NCBI GenBank assembly: GCA_951406725.2
Contig: OX597840.1
Coordinates: forward strand, 4,526,001 to 4,590,000
From: Octopus vulgaris
Taxonomy: Eukaryota
DNA: 64,000 bases
Reading direction: 5' to 3'
Shown here: in pieces, positions 54,589 through 64,000 of the stretch
Numbering within the stretch: the first letter of the stretch is position 1
How the letters are laid out: each line of letters starts with the position of its first letter
Position numbers and translations under genes: made by a program
Notes under the pieces: model-generated
The model's database searches: none
What the model was told of the DNA's origin: nothing
The model's input: only the letters and a program-made list of their open reading frames with translations

Positions 54589-55002
54589 AGGCGAGCTGGC
54601 AGAAACGTTAGCACACCGGGCGAAATGCTTAGCGGTATTTCGTCTGCCGCTACGTTCTGAGTTCAAATTCCGCCGAGGTCGGTCGACTTTGCCTTTTCGG
54701 GGTCGATTGAATAAGTACCAGTTACGCACCGGGGTCGATATAATCGACTTAATCCATTTGTCTGTCCTTGTTTGTCCTTTCTGTGTTTAGCCCCTTATGG
54801 GTAGTAAAGAAATAGGTATTTCGTCTGCCGTTATGTTCTGAGTTCAAATTCCGCCGAGGTCGACTTTGCCTTTCATCCTTTTGGGGTCGATAAATTAAGT
54901 ACCAGTTACGCACTGGGGTCGATGTAATCGACTTAATCCATTTGTCTGTCCTTGTTTGTCCTCTCTGTGTTTAGCCCCTTGTGGGTAGTAAAGAAAAAGG
55001 TA
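54589..55002 (+). mobile_element. Partially dimeric SINE family B inserted in an old family A copy
   Basis: Body repeated from ggtatttcgtctgccg; flanking direct repeat ggtattagagg. Confidence 0.8.
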
Positions 55003-55122
55003 TTAGAGGGGACACACAAACACACACGTCTACATACACTATAGGCTTCTTTCAGTTTCCAGCTCGCAAATCTGCTCCACAAGGCTTTGGGTGCCCAAGG
55101 CTATAGAAAAGAACTTGCCATG

Positions 55123-57030
55123 CATCATCATCATCGTCGTCGTCGTTTAATGTCTGCTTTCCATGCTGGCATGGGTTGGACGGTTTGATTGAGGACTGGC
55201 GAGCCAGAAGGCTGCACCAGGCTCCAATCTGATCTCGCAAAGTCTCTACAGCTGGATGCCCTTCCTAATGCCAACCACTCTGAGAGTGTAGTGGGTGCTT
55301 TTATGTGCCAGTGGCATGAGGGCCAGTCACGCAGTACTGGCAACGACCACACTCAAAAGGTGTTTTTTACATGGCACCTGCACGGATGCCAGTCTGGCCA
55401 CACTGGGAATGACCACACTCGAATGTTTTTCATGTGCCAGTAAGGCAACGCTGGCAACGATCATGCTTGAATAGTGCTTTTTATGTGCCACTGGCACGGG
55501 TGCCAGTCAGCAACCCTGGCAACAAACATGCTCAGATGGTGGGTTTAACGTTCCGCTGGCACGATTGCTAATCAGGCAGTACTGTCATCGGCCACATCAT
55601 TGATTTTGATTTCACTTGCCTCAACAGGTTTTGCAAGCAAAGCTTATTGTCCAATGAATGAAGGGTACTCATAAGTGGGCTGATTATACACCATCGGCAT
55701 AGGCCACGGGTTATGATCTCACTTGGCTTGTTGGGCCTTCTCAAACACAGCATATCTCCAAAGGCCTTGGTCACTAGTCATTGCCTCGGTGAGTCCCAAT
55801 GTTCAAAGATTGTGCTTCATAACCTCATCCCAGGTCTTCCTGGGTCTACCTCTTCCACAAGTTCCTTCAACTGCTAGGGTGTGACACTTTTTCACACAGC
55901 TGTCCTCATCCATTCGCAACACATGACCATACCAGTGCAGTCGTTGCTCTTGCACACCACATCTAATGCTTCTTAGGTCCAACTTTTCTCTCAGGGCACC
56001 TTCATTCTGTCATGTATGCACACTGACATTACACATCCAACGGAGCATACTGGCTTCATTCCTTGCAAGCTTACGCATGTCCTCAGCAGTCATGGACCTT
56101 GTTTCACTGCCATGTAGTATGGTTGTTCATACACATGCATCATACAGTCTACATTTTACTGAGTGAGAGGCCCTTTATCACCAGCAGAGGTAGGAGCTCT
56201 CTGAACTTTGTCCAGTCTATTCTTATTCTAGCAGCTACGCTTTCAGAGCATCCACCCCACTACTGACTCGGTCACCTATCAACTACTACTTTTTCTCCCT
56301 GGAATGTGACAGAAGCTGCTCTCTGCACATTTTCAGTGTTTATTGCTTCTGAGCATCTTCCACATACAAAAACTATCTTCCCAGTTAGCCTTCCTTTGAT
56401 ATTGCTGCACCTCTTATGTTTCCATAGCTTACACCGGGTATGTCTTATGGAGTTTCTACCTACGCCTTTTCTACAGATTGAGCAGGGCCATCTACCTGAA
56501 GGGATTTGTGGTTTGTCTGCTGTCCTACTTATTAGGACTTTGGTTTCAGTTTGGTTGACTCTAAGCCCCTTCGATTCTAATCCTTGCTTCCACACCTGAA
56601 CCTTTTCCTCTAGTTCTGATAGTGACTCAGCAATTAGAGCAAGGTCATCAGCATAGAAAAGCTCCCAGGGGCATCCTGTTTTGAATTCCTCTCTTAGCTG
56701 GAGGACTAATGAATAAGTGGGGGCCAAGGATTGATCCTTGGTGGACCCCTACCCAGAATTCTTCACTGTACTCATTGCCAACCCTCACCTTACTGACAGC
56801 ATCCCTGTACATGGCTCGCACAGCTCTCACTAACCATTCATAGTTTCCTCATTGACCACTAGATAAGGGATCAGGGGACTCTGTCAAAGGCTTTCTCCAT
56901 GTCAACAAAATCCAGGTACAGAGCTTTATTTTTGGCTAGGTATTTCTCTTGCAGCTGTTTTACCAGAAATATAGCATCAGTGGTGCTTTTCCCTGGCACA
57001 AACCCAAACTGCATCTCATCTAGACTGACT
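55123..57030 (-). mobile_element. 5'-truncated RTE-clade LINE with decayed RT
   Basis: QFGFVPGKSTTDAIF..FVDMEKAFDRVP, VGVHQGS, LFYADDLAL, a Cys-rich insert, a subrepeated 3' UTR and a (GAT)n tail. Confidence 0.92.
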
Positions 57031-57075
57031 CTCGTGTTTGGGAAACAAGAATCTTGCCACACCTGCGCCTATATA

Positions 57076-57930
57076 CAGGGTGTGGTGAATAAACTGTTGT
57101 CTAAATTAGACAAAAATGAAAATAACACTGACACCTCATTTTAACAGATATACTTACCAAAATTACATAAAAATATCTTGAAATACTAAAGAGTAAATTT
57201 ATTCAATAAAATCACCATTGGCTCCGACCATAACCTCAAGACGTCTTCGGAATCTCTGGCAACTTTTCCTGATGGTCTCCTTGTTTAAGCTGGTGAATGC
57301 TGCCATAATCCTTGCCTTCAGTTCATCTTTGATTGTTACAAGAAGTTTTGTTGGTCTCTCACTCGACTGCACCCCACACATAATAACCATGGGGGTTGCA
57401 GTCTGGGGAGTTAGGTGGCCAGATGTTAGAGGTGGTGTGGTCACAGAAATTGTCTGACAGCCATGACTGGGTTCTCCTGGTTGTGTGGAATGGTGCAGAG
57501 TCTTGTTGCCAGACATAAGGTCTTCCAGCAGCCAACCGTTTGACACAGGGCAGCACTACCTCCTCAAAGCACTGTGTTGAGTCTGAACCCATGTGGAAAG
57601 ATGAATGGAGGAATAACGTCATCATCACTAGTGATCACTCCAAACACCATGATGTTGACTGGATGTTTGATTTTTATCACTCAGTACCTGTCCTGAGATT
57701 GCAATGTCTTCAGATTGACACCCAAACACTCTGAAATGTTTGTATTGGTGCTTCCTGCATGAATGTCAGGCAGTACAGCATGTCATTTCCAAATATCTGA
57801 TGCTGGTTTTCTCACAGACAGTGCCCAGCTGACCCTACTATACTGTGTAGTCAACAAAATCAAAAACAAACAATGTGCATGCATGAAATTAAAAGTATTA
57901 AATGGCAATAATTTTACCCACTGCACGCTG
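57076..57930 (-). mobile_element. Decayed Tc1/mariner transposon (maT/DD37D-like)
   Basis: VWQQDSAP..IWPPNSPDCNP..YYVWGAVE and KDELKARI..RRRLEVMVGANGDFIE; degenerate cagggtg/cacgctg termini. Confidence 0.8.
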
Positions 57931-58719
57931 TGTATGTATGTATGTATGTATGTATATATATATATAATATATATATTAGAAGAAATAAGGTACTCAGAAA
58001 ATCGGATGGTTTATATTTACAGATATTTATTTGTATATTACATTTTTTATACATCATATAACTTAGATCATGTATTAGCGCTTTCTCCCATTCTAATAAA
58101 TATCTGTAAATATAAACCATCCGATTTGGGAGAAAGAAAGCGCTAATATGTGATCTAAGTTATATGATGTATAAAAAATGTAATATACAAAGTTTATAAT
58201 TTTAGTCGTAAAGGTATTTTAATATGCTGCCACATTCTTTGATGGAATTTTTTTCTGTAGAAAAAAACTTCATCCTATATTAGTAGTAGACTATATATAT
58301 ATATATATATATATATAGGGTCATCCCTTAAATAATGCGGGTTTTTTATCCATTTACCTTTCAAAATTATGATAAAGTTCTTTTTTAATCTAAAATATAC
58401 TCTTCTTCATTTTCTACAATGCTCTTTCATCTCTCTGGTAGATTTGCAAGGGCTCTCTTCTCAAAATTCACTGGTCTATAATGAAAAATACTCCTCTAGT
58501 ACTGTTCTGACCTCATCTACAGAGTTTGTATTTTTTCCGCCCAAATCATTTTGAAGACTGCAGAATAAATGATAACGCTGATTTGCAAAAATTCTTCTTT
58601 GCACTGATGCAAGAATGTGAATGGGTGGTTTTTGTTTTTTTTAATTTGATGTGGTGAAATCAATTTTCCGATCAATTTTGCTCTATCACCTATAGAGTTT
58701 TGGCTTTACTCTCTCTCTC

Positions 58720-59118
58720 TCTCTCTTTTACTTGTTTCAGTCATTTGACTGCAGCCATGCTGGAGCACCGCCTTTTAGTCGAGCAAATCAACCCCGGGAC
58801 TTATTCTTTGTAAGCCCAGTACTTATTCTATCGGTCTCCTTTGCCGAACTGCTAAGTGACTGGGACATAAACACACCAGCATCGGTTGTCAAGCAATGCT
58901 AGGGGGACAAACACCGACACACAAACATACACACACATATATATATACATATATATGACAGGCTTCTTTCAGTTTCCGTCTACCAAATCCACTCACAAGG
59001 CATTGGTTGGCCTGGGGCTATAGCAGAAGACACTTGCCCAAGATGCCATGCAGTGGGACTGAACCCGGAACCATGTGGTTGATTAGCAAGCTACTTACCA
59101 CACAGCCACTCCTGCGCC
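58720..59118 (-). mobile_element. SINE family A
   Basis: Full-length reverse-complement copy. Confidence 0.85.
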
Positions 59119-59308
59119 TTTCATATATTCCATTTTAATTATGCTGCATATAAATTCAAAATATGTTTATTTCATCCTTTACAAAGGTGTGTTACAGAGA
59201 AAAGAAAACAGCAGCATAGATACAGAACATTGATGGAACTAAATTATTTGGAAAATCCAGTACACACAAATCATAGTACGGCAGACATTCATAAGTGAAT
59301 TCTTTTGG

Positions 59309-59345
<37 letters not shown>

Positions 59346-59534
59346 GGGGGGGGGGGTCATCCTTTAAATAATGCGGGTTTTTTATCCATTTACTTTTCAA
59401 AATTATGATAAAGTTCTTTTTTAATCTAAAATATACTCTCCTTCATTTTCTACAATGCTCTTTCATCTATCTGGTAGATTTGCAAGGGCCCTCTTCCCAA
59501 AATAAAGGGATCTTTATATGTAACTAGTATGTCT

Positions 59535-59890
59535 GGGATGTCATGCAAGAGCATCCAGCAAAAGTCCCCCATCATACTGAGGTTCCACTTACCTTGGTAG
59601 TTGCTCTCCATCTTAGAAATATTTTGGTAATACCTTCCTCCATGCTCATCACTCACTGCTCCGAGCTTTGGGTGGGAAGAAGTTGAGGTGGGAGTGGAGA
59701 AAGTGAAGTTTGAGTGATATTCGGCATCCCATATCCTCATAAGACTGTAACAACTTCTTGATACACTCTTGGTAATCTAGTACCCGTGTGTTACTAAGGA
59801 AGCCATGGCAGACTGATTTAAATACTTCCCATGATCTCAGTTTCTTTAAGGTAAGAAGCTCCTCAAAGTCCTTATCCTTCAGCACCTCTA
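59535..59890 (-). pseudogene. DNA-transposase fragment, probably Chapaev/CMC type
   Basis: SLKLHFLHSHLNFFP / LGAVSDEHGGRYYQNISKMESNYQGKWN..GDFCW; superfamily assignment is from memory. Confidence 0.65.
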
Positions 59891-60009
59891 CGTTGATTCT
59901 AAGGCCCTTTGATTCTAATCCTTGCTTCCACACCTGAACCTTTTCCTCTAGTTCTGATAGTGACTCCGCAATTAGAGCAAGGTCATCAGCATAGAAAAGC
60001 TCCCAGGGG

Positions 60010-60392
60010 CTTACCAATCACATAGTTCCAGGTTCAGTCCCACTACGTGGCACCTTGGGCAAGTGTCTTTTACTTTAGCTTCAAGCCGACCAAAGCCTTG
60101 TGAGTGGATTTGGTAGATGGAAACTGAAAGAAGCCCATCGTATATATATATATGTATGTGTGTGTATATGTTTGTGTGTCTGTGTTTGTCTCCCCCCCCC
60201 CGCCAACATCGCTTGACAACTGATGCTAGTGTGTTTAAGTTCCTGTAACTTAGCAGTTCAGCAAAAGAGACCGATAGAATAAGTACTAGGCTTACAAAGC
60301 ATAAGTCCTGGAGTCAATTTGCTCAACTAAAGGCGGTGCTCCAGCATGGCCACAGTCACATGACTGAAACAAGTAAAAGAGAGAGTAAAGAG
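60010..60392 (+). mobile_element. SINE family A (5' clipped)
   Basis: Family A consensus. Confidence 0.8.
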
Positions 60393-60660
60393 TATATGTG
60401 TTTACATGAATTGTCGCAAAATCATTATGTATATTTCAAAAACTAGAGGTGATGAATGAAAACTGGTCTTGTATCTGAAGTCAGCACCCCAAAATTAGGC
60501 TAGATCAACTATTTTTATGCCTGCTTCAATTTCTCCAGTGTGATCAGATGGGACAGTGTCTGGCGAATATGGTGGGTGGATGGGGCATCGTTTCCCATTC
60601 AAACTGCTCCAGCCTTTGGAATGTCACCCTCACTGTATGCAGCTGAGCATTATCCTAAAG

Positions 60661-60879
60661 CAGTGGTTTTCAACCAGGGTTCCGCGGAACCTTAGGGTTC
60701 CACCAGTACAGTCCAAGGGTTCCGCAAGAAGTTACAAAACTGCTAAAATCGGCAGTAATGTTTAATTCTCCTGTGCAGATATGTGTGCATCAGACTATTA
60801 AATTATTGCACAGGGGTTCCTCGAGCCAGTGGAGTGTTTCCTTGGGGTTCCGCTCCAGCAAAAAGTTTGAAAAGCACTG
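60661..60879. mobile_element. hAT-type MITE
   Basis: CAGTGgttttcaa..ttgaaaagCACTG termini; 8-bp TSD tcctaaag / tcctgaag. Confidence 0.8.
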
Positions 60880-61200
60880 TCCTGAAGGAAGAACACCTTT
60901 CATCTTGAAACCAAAGATGGTTGTTTTTCTTCAAGTGCAGGAATCGGTGAATGGTTGAATGACCAAATCCAAGCTTCTCTTCTAGTTCCTCAATAGTTAG
61001 AATAGGATTTTGTTCCACCAGGGTTTGCAGGACGTCTTCATTGAGCTCTACAAATCTTCCATGACGAGGCTTGTCTTCTAGGCTGTAGTTTCCGGCTTGA
61101 AATTTCTGGAACCACCGTTGACACTGGTTTACACTTATTATCCATATACTGCATTAATATTCCTCACACTTTCTGTTGCGTTGTTGCTTTTATTGAACTC

Positions 61201-61619
61201 ATAGGCGTAGGAGTGGCTGTGTGGTAAGTAGCTTGCTTACAAACCACATGGTTCCGGGTTCATTCCCACTGCGTAGCACCTTGGGCAAGTGTCTTCTACT
61301 TTAGCCTCATGCCGACCAAAGCGTTGTGAGTGGATTTGGTAGACGGAAACTGGAAGAAGCCCATCGTATATATGTATGTATATGTATGTGTGTATATGTT
61401 TGTGTGTCTGTGTTTATCCCGCCCACCATTGCTTGACAACCGATGGTGGTGTGTTTACGTCCCCGTTACTTAGCAGTTCAGCAAAAGAGACTGATGGAAT
61501 AAGTACTGGGCTTACAAAGAATAAGTCCTGGGGTCGATTTGCTCGACTAAAAGGCGGTGCTCCAGCATGGCCGCAGTCAAATGACTGAAACAAGTAAAAG
61601 TGTAAAAGAGTAAAAGAGT
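61201..61619 (+). mobile_element. SINE family A inserted in the mariner ORF
   Basis: Interrupts ILLY|EFNK. Confidence 0.85.
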
Positions 61620-61791
61620 CATAAAGCAAAATATGCCGCATATGCTCCTTTGTCATCTCCATTATAGCTTTGAAAAAATAACTGTTAAAATCGAACTGCA
61701 CTTATAGTTAGTTGATGCGGGTAGTTTATCCTGTCCCCCTCCAACTTTTAGTTCAGGCAACTGAAAAAACTGCATTATTTATGGGATGACC

Positions 61792-62281
61792 ATCAACTAC
61801 ATCAACACAGCATCTCGAAAGAGTCCAGAAGCTGGCTACCCGCATGGTTCTTGGTCTCAAGAATTTGTCTTATGAAGAAAGGCTGAAGACGCTCGACCTT
61901 TATTCTCTAGAAAAACGACGACGCCGTGGTGATCTCATTCTCGCTCACAACATCATAAGCGGAAAGTGTAACCTCTCGAAAGAGCTGTTCTTCACTCCTG
62001 CTCCGGAGTGTTGGCTGCGGGGGTCATTCCGAAAAGCTCTATCTGCGACGATTTCATCTCAATCGAAGGAGAGGGGCTTTCTCCGTCCGGGTTGCGGTGC
62101 GTGGAATAAGCTGCCGGACGAGATGGTGAAGATGCCGACAACCGCTCAGTTCAAAGTCTCCCTTGACCACAAGTGGCCTGAACTCTTTACATGAACACCA
62201 CCCTGTACATAACTCCATGTCCCCCTACATGGCCTTGCTTTTTGCTTTTTGAGCCAAAAAATTAACTAACTAACTAACTAC
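61792..62281 (+). mobile_element. CR1-clade LINE 3' fragment
   Basis: LERVQKLATRMVLGLKNLSYEERLKTLDLYSLEKRRRRGDLI..WNKLP; (TAAC)n tail. Confidence 0.88.
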
Positions 62282-62945
62282 ATATGTGGAAAACTGGTGT
62301 GTGTTTGTTTGTTGCGTTGATACCTAACTCCTCCTACATAGTTTTATTGATTTTCATGAAACTTGACACATGAGTAGAAATCATGTGTGGAAACCTCGTG
62401 ACATACTTAGATCGTTGAGAAAATCGATAATACGGCCCCTGGAAGGGATCTTTATATGTAACTAATATTTTTTAAACACCCAGTGGAAATAAACCATACC
62501 ACCTGCACAATATTTTTTTAAACATTCAAGGGAAATAACCCATAGCACCTGCACGTCTATTCTAATTCAATATCTAATCAGTTAATTACATATTGCTGTA
62601 ATTAATTTAGACATTGCATTAATACACATTTTTTCAACATCTCCAAATAACTAAATGCTGGCAATGCATGCAGGATTTTCAATTAAATCTCATTACATTG
62701 TGAATGCCCGTAACTCTGATAATTCTGCATTTTCCCAGTTAAAATTTTTCATTGATAGATAAATTTTTGATTCCAGAACTTATTTAAAAAGTGTGTTCCA
62801 ATACAATGAACTCATACTTTGAATGCTTAAAATTATTTAAAAAATGAAAACAAACTTCCACACCACATAGGTATTTATTTTGAATTGTTATCTCATATTT
62901 GATTAGCCTGTTATTACATAACATGCTTCACGATTTTAGTATACA

Positions 62946-63118
62946 TAGGCGCAGGAGTGGCTGTGTGGTAAGTAGCTTGCTTACCAACCACATGGTTCCG
63001 GGTTCAGTCCCACTGCGTGGCATCTTGGGCAAGTGTCTTCTACTATAGCCTCAGGCCGACCAAAGCCTTGTGAGTGGATTTGGTAGACGGAAACTGAAAG
63101 AAGCCTGTCGTATATATG

Positions 63119-63149
<31 letters not shown>

Positions 63150-63354
63150 ATGTTTGTGTGTCTGTGTTTGTACCCCTAGCATTGCTTGACAGCTGATGCT
63201 GGTGTGTTTACGTCCCCGTCACTTAGCGGTTCAGCAAAAGAGACCGATAGAATAAGTACTGGGCTTACAAAGAATAAGTCCCGGGGTCGATTTGCTCGAC
63301 TAAAGGCGGTGCTCCAGCATGGCCGCAGTCAAATGACTGAAACAAGCAAAAGAG
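62946..63354 (+). mobile_element. SINE family A
   Basis: Full-length copy. Confidence 0.88.
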
Positions 63355-63584
63355 TATACCGTATTAGTATTTCTTCCAAAATTCTATATACTCTGGGAAC
63401 GATATATTTTCACAGTTTATCCAGTACAACCCTTAAACAAGTAAATAGTATTCTCCTAAACAGTAGGTCTACTTATTTCGGTTAGTGACTTATTCACGAA
63501 TATACCAACACTCGTGCCCCTGAGGGTAATATTCTGTGGGAACGCACAAAAGCCCTTTTCAGAGTTATTTACTTTCAATTACAC

Positions 63585-63973
63585 TTTTACTTATTTCAGT
63601 CATTTGACTGTGGCCATGCTGGAGCACCGCCTTTAATTGAGCAACTCGACCCCGGGACATATTCTTTTTGTAAGCCCAGTACTTATTCTATCGGTCTCTT
63701 TTGCCAAACCGCTAAGTAACGGGGACATAAACACACCAGCATCAGTTGTCAAGCAATGCTAGGGGGACAAACACAGACACATACATATATATATATATAC
63801 ACATATATACGACAGGCTTCTTTCAGTTTCCGTCTACCAAATCCATTGACAAGGCATTGGTCGGCCCGGGGCTATAGCAGAAGACACTTGCCCAAGATGC
63901 CACGCAGTGGGACTGAACCCAGAACCATGTAGTTGGTAAGCAAGCTACTTACCACACAGCCACTCCTGCGCCT
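63585..63973 (-). mobile_element. SINE family A
   Basis: Full-length reverse-complement copy. Confidence 0.88.
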
Positions 63974-64000
63974 ATGTACATTATTTACATTTGATGGATA

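Larger units (their letters stand above)
58317..61791 (-). mobile_element. Fragmented mariner element with nested insertions
   Basis: TIR ggtcatcccttaaataatgcgggttttt (58319, repeated at 59356) versus aaaaaactgcattatttatgggatgacc (61764-61791). Transposase pieces MEMTKEHMRHILLY and EQNPILTIEELEEKLGFGHSTIHR. Confidence 0.7.

Noticed and set aside
59649-60017. Novel RT-transposase fusion gene
   Set aside because: Short juxtaposed fragments of two decayed TEs, and the transposase part is frameshifted

Overview
AT-rich, microsatellite- and transposon-dense animal genomic DNA. The repeat landscape (tRNA-derived SINEs with (TA)/(TG) cores, RTE and CR1 LINE ends, Penelope-like elements, very long TA/TG tracts) looks like an octopus or other coleoid cephalopod; this is an inference. 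I recognise one host coding exon: the first coding exon of a LATS/Warts Hippo-pathway kinase (+, 35882-36670, phase-0 GTAAGT donor). It carries a ~160-aa Gly/Ser/Asn expansion and is probably preceded by a ~2.7-kb TE-free 5' UTR that begins at a strong acceptor at 33191. The rest is apparently intronic: SINEs, RTE, CR1 and Penelope retroelements, piggyBac, mariner, Chapaev, hAT and Helitron-like DNA elements, and tandem arrays. The most notable non-coding structures are minimal hammerhead-ribozyme motifs in Penelope-type repeats, a 3.5-kb 26-bp satellite grown inside a LINE 3' UTR, two sister 140/137-bp arrays sharing a core, and many long palindromes or inverted repeats. I found no prokaryotic-type system and no CRISPR array. 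Nearly all long ORFs in the track are microsatellite artefacts. TE coordinates are approximate.
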